In this document: positions 1 to 18,740 of the stretch, piece by piece
Numbering within the stretch: the stretch's first letter is position 1
Layout of the letters: each line of letters opens with the position of its first letter
NCBI GenBank assembly: GCA_963693365.1
Contig: CAVNZM010000008.1
Location: 6,644,830-6,708,829, forward strand
Length of the DNA stretch: 64,000 nucleotides
Direction: 5' to 3'
From: Amoebidium appalachense
Taxonomy: Eukaryota > Protista > Ichthyosporea
Made by a program: the position numbers and the translations under genes
The notes under the pieces: generated by a model
What the model was told of the DNA's origin: nothing
What the model saw: only the letters and a program-made list of their open reading frames with translations
Databases searched by the model: none

Positions 1-459
1 ATGGTGGTTCTTAGTGGTGGTGCGAAGTGAGAGAGTGGGCAGAAAATGGCGAAATGATGGTCATATGTGGTGAGGTAGTTGTGGCGGTGCAGGGAGGGTG
101 AAGAGATGTGGTGTGAGATAGTTGTGGTATATGCGAGTATGTGGTGATATAGAGGTGGCTGTGCAGGCAACAGCGAGGGGAGATAGCAGTGAGATATAAT
201 GAGATAGTTGCAAAACGAGATATGAGGAGTTAATCGTGGTTGTGCAGACAAGCAAGTAGTCCATAGTGGTGAAGTAGCGGTTGGGGGGGGTGGTGGTGGT
301 GGTGCTGTGTGTGTGTGTGTGTGTGTGGCCGGTGGGAGTGGGGGGTAAAACAGGGTACGAAGTAAAGAAATTACAACGGACAGTACATGCAGATTCTGGA
401 GGGGCCACACACACACACATATATATATAAAAAGGGGGGGGGGGGGGGGGGGGGGGGGG

Positions 460-600
460 ATGTATGCGTTAGAGGGTTGAAAATATGGAGGAGACAACAA
501 ACAACAACAAAAACGTCACAAAAATGAGAAGCGTGCAGGCAGAAGACATTTGAACAGAGCCCATCATCAGGGGGGTTCCTATGCCTCCACAAAAGCATGA
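460..600. repeat. Copy of a short dispersed repeat family (core GGGGTTCCTRTGCCTCCACAAAA / TTGAACAGAGnnnATCATCA)
   Basis: Related sequence recurs at ~6935-7120 and ~8265-8330 (both inverted), ~18380-18400, ~18805-18870 and ~19741-19760. Confidence 0.6.
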
Positions 601-861
601 GGGGGGGGGGGGGGGGGGGGGGGGGGGGAGTGCGAAGCACACATTCATGACGGGCAACAGAATGCTGAGCGCAAACAGTGCCTAATGAGTATGCATGATA
701 TGCAGCGCTCATCCCCCGGTATGTGTGTGCTTGTGTGTGTGTGTGTGTCGTGTGTTGTGTGTGCACGGGCTCGTGTGGAAATGCTTGTGGTCGTGGTGGT
801 GGTGGTGGTGGTGGTGGTTGGGGGGGGGGGGGGGGGGGGGGGGGAGGAGGGGTGCAGTTAC

Positions 862-922
862 CGATGTTGTAAAAGGGCCGGTGCCTGTGGCCAAAACGCT
901 GCAGTCTGAGTCTGACCACCAT
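862..922 (-). CDS. MRPS16: Mitochondrial ribosomal protein S16 (bS16m), first coding exon; the remaining exons were not found in the window
   Basis: ATG at 922 reads MVVRLRLQRFGHRHRPFYNI, the S16 N-terminal motif (RLxRxGxxxxPFYxI). A phase-1 GT donor (G|GTAACT) follows at 861-860. Confidence 0.85.
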
Positions 923-960
923 CGTGCCTGCTTGCCGTTAATGTGGGGGAGAGGATGCGT

Positions 961-1031
<71 letters not shown>

Positions 1032-1508
1032 GCAAGGGAGGGAGGAGGGAGGGAAACAGGATGTAAAGAGGGAGGCGGAGAGTGAGAGGGAGGGGCGGGA
1101 CGGCTCCGGAGGGGGGGGGGGGGGGGGGAGACAGAGAGGGTTAGAAAAAACACAGCACCGAGTTACACAAAGCAGGTAAAAGGCAGGAAGTTGGACGATT
1201 GGCAAAAACCGACACACGGAGCGATAGGCAAAAAAACACAAACAAAAACCAAAAAACAAACAAACAAAAAAAGAATGCCCAAAATTCTAAAAAAACAAAG
1301 CAAGGACAACAAACTGTAACTGTGTCGAACCTGTCTCCCATGGTTGGGACATTCGGTCAGCACCAGACCACCAACAAACTCGTGTGTATGAGGAGTCTGG
1401 TATGTGTGTAACCACAGTGTTTTGGGTCTTCCAGTTTAGAAAGGAGGCCTAGCTAAGAACAATTATGTTGTGGATATTGGCATGCAGGTTGTGCCCAGAT
1501 ATTGCACA

Positions 1509-1687
1509 TACCCAGAAAATCACATCTCACCATTCCCGAAAATCATATCTCATCAATGTACAAACCCGGAAAATCACATCTCACCATTCCCGGAAATCAC
1601 ATCTCATCAATGTACCCGGAAAATCACATCTCACCATTCCCGGAAATCACATCTAATCAATGTACAAACCCGGAAAATCACATCTCG
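1509..1687. repeat. Minisatellite with a dimeric ~50-54 bp unit (CCCGGAAAATCACATCTCACCATT + CCCGGAAATCACATCTCATCAATGTACAAA), ~3.5 copies
   Basis: Seven consecutive AAATCA(C/T)ATCT cores alternating between two sub-unit types. Confidence 0.9.
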
Positions 1688-1938
1688 ATAATGACAACAG
1701 GAAAAACACCTCTCATGAAATGATTTCTGGTCCGGGCAAGATTTCCTTTCCTTTAGAGACATGTCAACAAAGTCAAACAAATGGGTAAATACAATCCCAA
1801 TTTACAGGGAGCCCGTCTACACACAAACCAAAACCTCCCACAGAAGTTAGCCGAACCACAGGTAGCTAAAAAATCTCTCAGGCCAGGAAAACCGTGTGCA
1901 TACACTACAACAATGGAAGGGGGGGGGGGGGGGGGGGG

Positions 1939-1971
<33 letters not shown>

Positions 1972-2035
1972 GGGGGGGGGGGGAGGGAGAGGGAGAGGGG
2001 GAGAGGGGGGAGGGGGAGGGGGGAGGGGGGGAGGG

Positions 2036-2108
<73 letters not shown>

Positions 2109-5100
2109 AGGGGTTCATGGAGAGAAACAAGCTAAATGAAAGGAGGGAGATTGCCGAGTGTCTTGAAACTTCATGACAAGAAAAGTCGTTTGTTCGCAAA
2201 ATGGCAACCCCCGCCCCCCCTTCTCCCTTTTTCCCCCCCCTCCCCCCCTCCCCCCCCTCTCCCTCCAGACTACACCCCCCACCGACCCACCCTCTCTGCC
2301 CTTTGGTCTCCATAGGAGATGTTTTGTCCACTTCAAAACAACTTCTTGTTAGCTTAGCAACACTGTATTCCAACCAAAAACGACAAAAACCTCCAAAATA
2401 CAGCAACCATCTCCTCTCACCCTCGCCTGCTTCACTCCGTCCGTCTCTGCCTCCAACCCCCCCCCCCCCCTCCCCAATCCCACTGTTCAGCTCCCGAGAA
2501 AGGTGGGTGGGAAGAGACGGGGGAAGAAGGGGGGGGTTGGAAAGGCATTCAAAAGCACAAGCTGCGCATTCATGACGGACAACACTACACAGAGCGCATG
2601 CACGCATAAAGAGCATGTATCATAAGCTAAGACCAGATGTCAGAGAGGTGTTTGTGCGCGTTACAGGTTCCCCCCGGGGGGGGGGAGATGTGTGTGTGTG
2701 GGGGGGGGGGGGAAGAGGGAGAAGGAGAGAGAGAGAGAGAGAGGAGGAAGAGGGCGAAATGCAGTGAGAGAGACGGAGGGAGGGAGAGAGAAGGAGAGAG
2801 CAAGAAAGGGAGGGAGGGAGGGAGTAAGGAAGGGAGTGAAACATTGAAAGGGGGAGACAAAATGGGGAGGGGGAGGGGGGAGGGGGGGGGAGTGTGTGTG
2901 TGTGTGTTCGAGAAAGGGAGGGGGGGAGACAGAGCGAGAAAGAGGGAGAGGAAGCCAGAGGTGGTGCAGCTCTCGCAAGCCATGAACAGCCACACAAAGC
3001 ATTCACTTGCAAAGGCCAACGGAGACGTGAGACACACGCACACACACAAATACCTTGTCAGCTAAACTTCTCTTGTTGTATGCGTGCCGTTCCTGTCCTC
3101 GCTCCCTTCCTTATAGGGCGCTCTCTCGTTCCTTTCTCACTCCTCCGTCGGTAACTCAACTAAATGCTACCGTAACTATAAGATGTATATTTCTGCAATC
3201 AGAGGTGATAACGACACTTTCTTTGACTTCTATAACGGATGTCCTGCTTTCTTCTTCTCATAACCCCAACACTACCTGATTGGCTTAGGCTATACAAACG
3301 TCGTTGTCGTGTTTGCTTCTTACAGAGAACAAGCTAATGTGCAAGGTGACACGAGTTCAAGGTGAAGAATCCAAGGTCCACAAAACAAGCTACGCTACTG
3401 TGCAAGCAGCCCTCTATATCTATTCACCAGTCCAGAGATGTCAATTCTCCCTTCAGAAAATCGTGAGGCTTTGTCCTCTTGACCGAGTTCTTCTGACTGC
3501 CCCGTGCGCATGCGGCGCACGCACACTGCACTGGACAGACCGTCCCTGGCGCAGCTGGCGGGTCACCGCGAGCCGACCCGCAGAGCGATCGCGATTCGGA
3601 GCATGATCATTCCTGGACCATGCCATGTCCTGTACAGTTGGACTACGTTTATGTTTTTCCTTTATTTAGCTTTGACAAATATATTGTAATAGAATATAGA
3701 CATCTATTATGAAAGTTTTCCGAAAACAAGCTACTGCCCTTTACAGGTTCAGTATTTTCTCTTCCCACTCAGGGAGAGCATACAAGTTCAGTGATATGGA
3801 AGTGCACGGCGCAGGGCCCATATCCCGCGGCCGCGGGCCCCACGTGCATATCCATATGGCGCACAAGCGGGAAAAAAGCGCGGCAGTAGGGTTTGTCGGA
3901 GCCACCACATGCGAACACGTGGCAAAGGCACGACCTTAGGGTGCAGCAACACGGTGCCCAGAAAACCGCGAGCTTCAGTCAAGGCTAAGCCCTATACGCA
4001 ACGTCGTCCCCACAAATTTAGACTGACTGCGAGGGTCTTAGAACCAAGCGGGTTATATACCCGAAGACTGACAGCTCTGCAACGGTAATGGGGCACCCCA
4101 ACAGTCAGGGCGAACTGGAATGCACATGTGGCCATGGGCACACATGTAAGTTGGTGTTACTGCATCTCACAGACCCGAGATCACACGGAGCCCGTACAGT
4201 ACTGGTGTGCTTTGGCCCCAACAAAGTTGGTCGCCTGCCAATTGCACACGATACAAAGCATAAGCGGCCTTGCACCCTGAGTGACACGCAGCGTATACGT
4301 GGGCACGTAATTACGCGTAGCGCGCTGTCAGATTGTGACACTGCCCAGATCTGGCTCCCCAAAACCAGTTCGGTTCAGTTCCACAACATTTTGACCCGAT
4401 TTCGCTTCGGGTCGATTCGGGCAGTAGGTGATTGCATCAAAGTTTTGCTGGGCGGGTCAGCTGGCGCCTGTATCATAGCGCTGCCGAGTCCGGCGGGTTG
4501 CGGAGGTCCGAAAACGTGAACTGTGTCGAACATGCCCCCGTGTAGTGCAGAGATCCATGCTCACGGCAATTGGCAACACTATTATATGGAAAGTATATAT
4601 AGTCGCAAGGCTGCCAAATATGCATGCATGGTCACGGTGATCTGCATCGCAGCCCCCTAATTCTTATCAACACAGATATATCATAAAGACAACACATATC
4701 ATCCAGCTGCAACGTGCAAACACAGCGCTAGCGCAGCCGCAGCAAGTGTGCCCGTCAACTTCATACCTTTTGTACAAGAAGAGGTTTGAAATACGGAAGG
4801 CATGTCATTTTCAGTTGGACACTCTTGCTTATAAATAATCTTATGCGTAACACAACACAACTGCGTTTGCACCCCACAAATGTTGTTCCCTCTAGCTTCA
4901 GTGTTGGTAGGTCATCTGGGCCTGCTGGTCCTTCTGAGGCTTGAGCAATCTGGTGTCTTCTTCGTTTATTCCCTGTTTCATTAACAGTTTCAAAGCCCTG
5001 GTTTACACCGCCACAGCTTAGATGTTCATAGACAAACCGCTGAGCCATTTTGCCGGACAGGCAACTGCTGATTGCATTTCAAAGGTGCTCCAACTACAGC

Positions 5101-6259
5101 TAGCCTCAATAAATGAAATGCTGATACATATAATTTAGGGGTTTACGCTGTTTACTCGAGGCAAAGCGATTCATACGCATCCTTCATAGGTGCTCATTCA
5201 AAACTTGGCCATTTGACCTTCTTCATCCCCTCTCCATCTTTCTCTTCTTCCTTCTTCTGCAACTCTCTCGCGCCAGAGTCTCCTGCGGTTGCTGAGCTAA
5301 CCGCGAGACCAATTATTTGCGGGAACATTTTCGGCATTTCAACAACAATGATGCCCAATCATTCGTAGTACTTTATTTTGTAGAGATCTAGTAAAGAAAT
5401 TTATAAGCCATGCTAAGTTTAAAAACATTAGTTGATTGGGTAAACGTTACAATTGTCATGCATAATAACACTACGTAATTCTTCCAGTTCATCTCTGTCG
5501 ACGTCACCAACACCCGAGGGTTCACAGCTGTAAAAACGTGATCCTTTGCAACGGAAAAAAAGTAAGAAGCAATCGTTTAGTTTTCCATCAAGGCGAGTAT
5601 TAGAGTTTATACGTTAGTGAGTAGCGCGATAACTAATCATTACAAGTGATAGATTCTTCTTTTACCGTAAGGTTTATATTCATAGAACTGAGGAAAGTTA
5701 GGGAGGTCGATAGCTCATCACAAGCCGAATCCTAAGCTGGTTGCTTGTGAATACTAAGAGGTAAGGGTTCTGATTTCCCTCTCTCCCTTCTGTTTTGCCT
5801 GATATCGCCGCTTAGATGCGGCTACTTCTGGACTTCGGTGTTGCCCTGTTTTCCTTTCTGTGCATCAAACACCAATGGTGTCGCTGCTGGTTTTTTGTAC
5901 CTTTTGTTGTTGGTGCTTTTGGTGGATCCCACTTCTTTGTCCGTGTTTTCTTTTGGTGGAGCCAGCTCGTGTGCACACCTACTATCTTCTTGAAATGCCT
6001 TTATACCTTTGAAACCACAAATGACACACAGGTTCTTGTTTCCCCTCCTATCGAGGGTTGATGGATTTCTCCCGAGGTTTCATGCCCTTGTTCTCAAGCA
6101 TGAGTTAACCCTTGTGCACACCTGCTGCCTTTCTGCCACATGCACGCGGGAGTGCTCACGCTGCACAGAATGCATTATGAGCACCATCATCATGCCCCCC
6201 AGACTTCGAAATCCAATGTTCATGCATGCGCTTGCATCTGCTGCACGTGCGCGTGTGCA

Positions 6260-6327
<68 letters not shown>

Positions 6328-6758
6328 TCACACACACACACACAGGCACACACACACAGGCACAATGGCACACGTGAAAAGACACACAGACAGGTTTACA
6401 CAGACACACACTTCCACACATGCGCTCACGCGCAAAGCACACACAGACAGACATTTGCAACCACCCACGTTTTCTCATGCATATATCCCTTTTTCGTTTC
6501 CCACGCCTTCCGCCCCGCCTCTCCTCCATTCTTTTCCGCCGGTAGATCCCACCAATTTAAATCTATCAAATCCCAACACTGTGGGAGCCCCCTCCCCCAC
6601 CCTCCCTCCCCCCCTTCCCCCCCCTCCCCCCCCCCCCCCCCCCCCTCCCCACTCCCGCCTTCCCCCCCGTGATGCAACAACACGGCCTGCATGTTCTGCG
6701 TTGCCCCCCCAAACTAAGTATGAGTCTTGCTGGTACCACGAGTGCCGTGTGTTTTGTG

Positions 6759-6851
6759 TTTGTGTTCGTGTTCCCCCTTGCTTGCTCAGTGTATTGCTTC
6801 TCGATTTGTGTTCGTGTTCCCCCTTGCTTGCTCAGTGTATTGCTTCTCGAT
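6759..6851. repeat. Tandem duplication, 46-bp unit x2
   Basis: TTTGTGTTCGTGTTCCCCCTTGCTTGCTCAGTGTATTGCTTCTCGA repeated head to tail. Confidence 0.85.
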
Positions 6852-7808
6852 CTTCGTACTCTCCTCATATCCCCCCCCCCCCCCCCCCCCCCTGCCCCCC
6901 CGGTCCCCCCCTCCCCCCCCCTCCCCCCTGGCTTTTCCCGCCTGAGGATGGACTCTGCTTCCTATGCGTGTTCTTCATGTGTGTTCTGCACTCTGTGTGT
7001 GATGTCACTTATTCGTACCCTTAACACATTATACTCCCCTTGGATTGCCCACTTTTGTGACGTTTTGTTGTTGCTCTTTGTTGTCTCCTCCATATTTACA
7101 ACCCTCGAACACATACATCATCCCCCCTCCCCCCTCCCTTCCCCTTCTCCCCCGCACTCTTGTTCCATTTCTTTTTGACCTCTTTTCTAATGTCTACATT
7201 ATTTAATTGTTTATAAATATGGCGGGTGAAAGTGAGGAGGATGAGGTACATATATTTTCCCTGCCCCCCAAACCTCCCCTCTCCTGCCTTTGAAGACACA
7301 CATCCCCTTCTAACGTTCCCAACCTTCTTGTACCCTAGTCCTGTGTTTACCACTGCTTGCTAGTCTTCCCATTTCCTTTCTGTCATCCTCTACCCACGCC
7401 ACACTGCATGTGTGTGTTTTCCGGCACGCGGGTGAGCTGTCAGAGTTGTGTGTGCTTGTGATCGTGTTATTGTCTGTGTTCAAATCTGTCTCCCCCCCCC
7501 CCCCCCCCCCCCCCTCCTCTCTCTCCGGCCTATCTCAAAAACTCTAACACAGCCTCACCATATCACAACTGATAACCCCCCAAACAACCGCCCGTCCCTC
7601 ACTACCTCCCCCCCCCCCCCCCCTCCCCCCCCTCTTTCCCCATAAAAAACTTCAAAACTTTAACAAGCACGATTATTTGTAGGCAAAAGACCTCTCCGTT
7701 TGAAAAACCAATTTCACTTTTGCCCATTTCTTCAATGCATAGCAAGGCTTTCCTCTGATTCCGTTTAGATCTGCGTGCTTTCGCTGAAACTAAAACTTTT
7801 TTTTTGGT

Positions 7809-7849
<41 letters not shown>

Positions 7850-8587
7850 AATGGTGCTGCCTGGCATATGTTTGTATTTATAGCACGTGCCATTTGTTTG
7901 AAGTAGATGTGCAGGTTACATCACACATGCATGTGTGCAAGACACGCACCACCTACATAACGTGAACGGACACGCACATGGCAACACCTGTGAATGCTAA
8001 CAAACCCGTATATGTTTGCACACAAACACACGCACGCGCACATACACACTCACACATGTGTGCACACACTTATTCATACGTACACACATGCGCGCGTGCG
8101 CGCGCGCACACACACACACAAGCGTATGTGCGCAAACACACATACACAGAGACTCGCACACATGCACGCACATGCGTATGCAAGTAACCTTTTTTCCTTC
8201 AATTGATCCACCATTGTCCTCTGACTATTTTTTTTTTTTTTTTTTTTTAGCTCGAGAGCCGAAACCTATGATTTTGTGGAGGCACAGGAACCCCATTTTA
8301 TGATGGGGTCTGCTCCTGTGCCTACTGCCTGCATAGTTGTTGTGGTTTCCGCCATGTTTTTGCGGCTTTGTGGTATTTAAAGGTTTATGGCTTCTCTTTT
8401 CCCAGCCGCTGATGCGTCTTGGTGTTTTGTTACTAATTCTTCCAACTTCCAAGATTCCAACTCTTCAATGCATACATGCCCCCCCCTCCCCCCCCCCCCC
8501 CCCCCCCTCCCTGCTTCAGCCCCTTTCCACTCTTTTTATCCACCGTCGTCTTACACAAACATATCTACGTGCTCACACAAACACACA

Positions 8588-8659
<72 letters not shown>

Positions 8660-9286
8660 GACACACGCACACAATACACACAAGCAAAAGCACGAACACA
8701 TACATGGAATATTCATGCGCAACCACTTCCTTGCACAACAGTCACTTTACACACAAGTTTACTCTATCACTAGTTTACCAACGAACAAGCACATTTGCAC
8801 ACGAGTTCATGTGGGCGCGCAAGCACAAACCCACATGCACACACACTCACACATGCACACGCACGGGCGCAGGCACGCACGCACACACGCTCTTTATGTC
8901 TATTTCTCACAGTCACACACATGCACACACGCCTGCGCACCGCCTGCGCAGGCACGCACATGCACACACCTAATCTAAACAAAACCATGCTTTTCCCATT
9001 ACAGCACTCCTATTCTGACCTGCAGGGAGGAGTGCATACATCTTCACTTTCCCTTTTATTTTATTTTATTTTTTATTTTTTATTTATAGAGACTCCTTGT
9101 GTAACCAAACCGATTGTGCACCCTCTTCATCTGAGACTGAGATGCATCTCCTAACGAATTATAAACCTGTAGAAATCCATACATAATTTTTTCCTTTTTT
9201 TTTCCCTCTTTTTTTCTTCTTTTTTTTCTTTCTTTCTTCCCCCCCCCCCTCCCCCCCCCCCCCCCCCCCCTTTTTTTTTTCCCAGA

Positions 9287-13438
<4,152 letters not shown>

Positions 13439-14066
13439 GCATTTTTTCCACGTGCTTGACGGAAGCCCGCTTCTTTCCATGTCTTTCCGCAGTGTTCTGT
13501 GTGTGCGTATTGTGTGCGCAATGCACCTTGTAGGTCTAACGTTTTTGTGCAACTCTCTAACTGTATGATGGATCTATATGCAACAAATCAACGCCCTGCA
13601 CGCACATATCACGATTAAAAAATTCGAGTTGATTTTATGAGCATGGATTTTGGTTCAGTATAGCGGCTCCAAAGTTACACGCCACGTTTACATCGCCATG
13701 GCTTTCTCTGACAGCTCTGTAAGAAAGTTACTCTAGCCCTTATTCTGAACAGATTCCTTAAGTTTTCGATTCTTCCCCTTTTCTTCTTTCCTTCTCCCTT
13801 TTTTATATTTAATGAACATATCTTCTTCATTATCCTAAAAAGGTTATTGAGAGCAGCTGTGCTTGTTGATTGGTGCTTTTGCGGTGGTTGTAGATGTGGC
13901 AAAAACGACTGTGTTTTGGGTTGTGCAAACATTCAACCGGATTTCACGAATAAAAGTAAAAACTACATACACTGAACATGCGAGGAGCCCCCCCCCTTCC
14001 CCCCTTTCCCCCCCTCCGCCTCTTCCCCCACCACCTTCGACGCAACCACACACACACATTATCGTA

Positions 14067-14119
<53 letters not shown>

Positions 14120-14437
14120 TCGCACACACACACCGGGGCACACAGGCCCACACATCTGATCACAGACCTGCGTGCAATTGGTAACGGTCTGTGCACGTGT
14201 GTGCCGCCAATTCCGAGGTATATATGAATGTGGGTGTGCTCCGCGCAGGTGTGGCATGCCAAGGAGTTCCGTAATTCCATAACTATGACATAGTACGTCA
14301 CATTTCATCGGGTTTGCCTGTTTATTGGATTAGAGAAGTTGCCATTTTTTGGCAACTAATAGTACCAGTTATGGGGGAGGGGCCTGAAGGGGCGGATGCA
14401 GGGAGGGGGCCCGGGCTGAGGGTGCGTGTGTGTGTCT

Positions 14438-14470
<33 letters not shown>

Positions 14471-14478
14471 TGTGTGTG

Positions 14479-14545
<67 letters not shown>

Positions 14546-15059
14546 ATGTCTACACATGTTGTTGTTGTCGTTTTGGGGGCCGGGGGGGGGGGGGGGGGGG
14601 GGATCAATGGGGGGAGGGGGGGAGGGGGGAGGATAGGAATTTAGGTGGGTTGAGCGAACTAAGAATATGAATGAAGGGGAGAGTATGAGAAGTTTCAGGC
14701 CCATTTCCTGCTGGCTGCACACCAGTGTGTTTACTGTTAAAATTTGTGGCTAACCGGCCAGGCCTATTGGCCCAGGAATTACTATGCTGCTTTTTGTTTT
14801 GCATGTTGCCTACATACAGGAGATGAAATCAAACATGAACCTTCCGACAATGCTTTCCTAAATTGGCTACATATGCCTGTTAAACATTACTAAATATTGG
14901 CACACATGCCATAATGTACTCTGTTAATTGGATAGCTCGATTAAAGCTGTGTTTCTTTTTCTAACCGTTATCAACAAAAAATCTTTTTACATGTTTAAAA
15001 GCAACGTCTAACCTCAAGCAGCTACAATAGAGGCGCCATATCATATCCACTTCCCTGCC

Positions 15060-15270
15060 ACGTCTACTAGTACATCTACTAAGGATATCTACCCCAGTAT
15101 ATCCACTCCAGTATATTTTATTACTAGATCTAGTCCTGTTTATCTACCCCAGCATATCTACTCAAGCATATATACTCGTACATCTAATCCTGCATATCTA
15201 CCCCCAGCATATCTACTCAAGTATTACACTCATACATCTAAGCCTGTATATCTACCCAGGTATCTACACT
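15060..15270. repeat. Degenerate ~14-bp minisatellite (ATATCTACYYYAG) in the 3' flank/UTR of the GMC gene
   Basis: Repeated (T/C)ATCTA(C) cores. The GMC stop codon (15264-15266) lies inside the last unit. Confidence 0.7.
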
Positions 15271-16176
15271 GTCAAACCGTCTTGTTGTGCAATGACCTCT
15301 GCCGTCTTATCAGCTATCATCATCGTGGGGGCATTTGTGTTTCCTCCCAACACATTGGGCATGACCGATGCATCCACAACACGGAGATTGTCCATTCCAT
15401 ATACCTGTGGGATAGTATTTCAAAGTGAGAGAGCGCAAAAAAGAAAAGAAGATCAGAAAAGAAAAGAAGAAAGGAAAAGCAATAACCAAAAAAAAACAAA
15501 AAAAAACGAACACATACAACCACATGGATGCGGTCTTGTAAACATATGTATTTCCTTAGCTCCCCAACCGTCGAATAGACCAGGTGATGTGCCGGTCGCA
15601 ACACCTATTGCCACCCCCCCCCCCCCCCCCCCCCCCCCCCTCCCCCCCCAGGCCATCTCTCCCAACCAACTCACACCAGTGCGGTGCAGACACGTGCACG
15701 CGGCCACACAAGCACTCAGGCACGCACACATACACCCACACCGGCATCACCACCCTCCACCCCCACAATTGGTCTGTAGTAATGATTGCTCCCTTGCTCC
15801 CTGCTGTACCGGCACCCTTCATTGAAGGGTCAAAAACTACATCGAGCTTGCGAATTATACTTTCATGTTCAAGCTGAGAGTTTTCAGAAGCACAGTTGAC
15901 AATTGGGCAGAATTAAAATCAGAGATGGGCTTTCACGAATGAACTGTATTGGTGCTTTTAGCTGGTAAAGTTCGGGATATTATTGCGAGGTTATAGAGCC
16001 CCCCCATTAATCATTTCTATGGACGACGGTGAGTAGGTGTGATGGTGGTGCGGGTTGTTAAGTGTGTATGGAAAAGCGAGTGTGTGTGAGCATGAGTGTG
16101 TGCGTGTGTGGATGTGTCTCCCTGTCTCTCTCTCTCTCTGTGTGGGTGGTGTGTGTGTGTATGCCTGCATGTGTAC

Positions 16177-16221
<45 letters not shown>

Positions 16222-16876
16222 AGGGGCGAGGGGGGTTTGGGGGGGGGGGGGGGGTTGGATAAGTGTTGAACTCTGTTTTTACCTTTAAGCCGACTGGATC
16301 GACCACGGCCATTGGGTCCGACTCTACTCCCATCTTGCACGTGCTAGTTGGGTGGTAGATGGTCTCCGCATAGCGCCGTATGTATTCAACAATGGCTTCA
16401 TTGCTGGCATCCTGGGAAAAAAAAAACTTAAATATTTTTATAAAAGAAATTGGTTTTTTAGAGGGTGCTTGGTGGATTAAGATGAGAAGGCAATGGTGTA
16501 CGTGTGGGTGCGCACGCTTGCGTGTGTGTATTTGTCTAGCTCTATCTCTTACCCATCTATCTTGCGTGTGTGTATTTGTCTAGCTCTATCTCTTACCCAT
16601 CTATCTTGCGTGTGTTCCGCGGGGGAAGAGGGGGAGGGGCAATGGTGTGTGTGTGTGTGCACGCACGCGCGAGTGTGGGTGCACTTCTCTCTCTTCCCAC
16701 CCACCCACCCACCCACCCACCCTCCCTCCCCGTCCTGTCTCCTTCTATCTCTCCCCCTCTCTCGACGTGTGTCTGTGTGTGTCGGTGGACTGGTGGGCGT
16801 GTGGACGACGGTTCATGGGTGTGTGCACGTGCGTGTCTGTGTGTTTCCGTGCATGTGTATGCTTTTGCGGGCAGTA

Positions 16877-16909
<33 letters not shown>

Positions 16910-17289
16910 TGTGTTGGGGGTTCGTGGTGGGGGCGGGGCGGTGGTGGTGGTGGTTGTACAGGGGGCGGGGGGGAGGGGGGAGGGGGGAGGGGGGAGGGGG
17001 GGGGGGGGGGGGAGGGGGGGAGGGGAGGTGGTTGAATTGTGTACGTGTGCGCGCGCATGGATGCGTCTGCGCGTGTGCGCGCATGCGTATGTTTGGGGGG
17101 GGGGGGGGGGGGGGAGTGGAGGCGTGGAGGAGGAGAGGAATTTTGTGTGCATGTTTGTGCATGAATGCCGGTGAACCCCTATCCCCACCGCTTACAGGCC
17201 TGTGTGCACACTGGCTCATTCTCATGGTGCATGTGTGTGCATTTGTGTTTTACTCCCTAGAACCACACCGAGTTGGGCTGCAGGAGACG

Positions 17290-17323
<34 letters not shown>

Positions 17324-17789
17324 GGAGAGAGAAGGAGAGAGATAGAGAGAAAGGAAGGGGGGGAGGGGGGAGGGGGGGGGGGGGGGACCAGCGGAATGCT
17401 TGGCCTCTGCCACTTGTATCTCTCCAACGCTTTCGTCTTGAGCACTTCAATAAGTAAATTCACCGATTGCACCATTTCATCGAGATCACGTGGGTCAGAT
17501 AGGTAGTTGTGGTCTATGGATGGTGGGGAAAACGGGTTGTTGTCTCGAAGGGTGACGGAGCCGGCGCTGTGTGGGTGGAGGAGGCAGCTGTGGAGAGACA
17601 CTCCCTGCCCTAGACGGAAGCCAAAACCCTGTGTTTGGGATGGTTTGTGTGTGAGTGAAAAAAAATTTTGTTGCGCGTCTTTGTGTGTGTTTGGGGTGGT
17701 TTATGTGTTGGTTAAACGTATCATATATGGATGTTTGTGTGTTGGTGATTTGGTGTTGTGTTGACGTTGATGTGTTGGTTATGTGCCCC

Positions 17790-17821
<32 letters not shown>

Positions 17822-18414
17822 TTTTTTTTTCTTTTGACGCCCTGTGTGTTAAGTGGTGTCAAATGAGACGGTGTGCTCTGAAGGTAGTATGGTGGTGAAA
17901 TGTAACTATGAGCTAGCATAACAAGCCGGCAATAATATATCATAGAAAAGGGAAAAGGGAACAAACACGACCCTACGGAGGGAGACAAGGCAATCCCTTT
18001 CTGCATCTACATAAACCATGTCCGTTGTGTGTGTGTGTGTGTTGGGGGGGGGGGGGGGGGGGGGGGGGGGGAATGCGGAAGTGGGTAGGTGAAATGGAGC
18101 GAATTGTTAAGCAAGGAGCAAATTTCTAAAGCAATGTGCTTGAAAACAAGCCGTTAGAAACAAGAAAAAACCGGGGAAAGGAAAGAAACAGCGGAAGTAG
18201 AAAATGAATTCCTTGCATGAATGAATGCAGATCGGTTCATAAGGGCAATCTTTTTCGGGTCTGGCCCTATTCGTACCCCGTTGCCGACAGACGAAAAAAA
18301 CTCACAAAACAAAAATCTCGTCAAAACCAATAACAAATGGGCATGCAACCGACACCCTACCAGAGACCAACAGATAACGTTTTCATGCCTCCACAGGATA
18401 AAAAGAAGGGGATG

Positions 18415-18445
<31 letters not shown>

Positions 18446-18689
18446 GCTCGTACATGGGGTTGTGATGGCAACCGCTCCAGGTGCAGTTGGAATTGTGCCC
18501 GGGAGGGTTGATCAGCGTATGGCACAAATGCCCCTGCATGGCAACAATTTAATTCATGTAATTAGAAAAAATTGGTTAAGTATAGAATGAGATAACAATC
18601 GAACAATAAAAATAAAAAGCTCCATTAGTCACGAGCACCAAAGTGGGGACGCACAACACACGGGCACGCGTTCATGTGCGCGCGCGCGT

Positions 18690-18740
<51 letters not shown>

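Noticed and set aside
1509-1687. Repeat/spacer-like pattern
   Set aside because: The intervening segments are themselves repeated, so it is an ordinary dimeric minisatellite.
3050-5760. Short ORFs in the microsatellite-free region between MRPS16 and Rab8
   Set aside because: No recognisable motifs or consistent splice structure. Probably promoter/5'UTR sequence (possible donor AG|GTAAGG at ~5761) or unidentifiable remnants.
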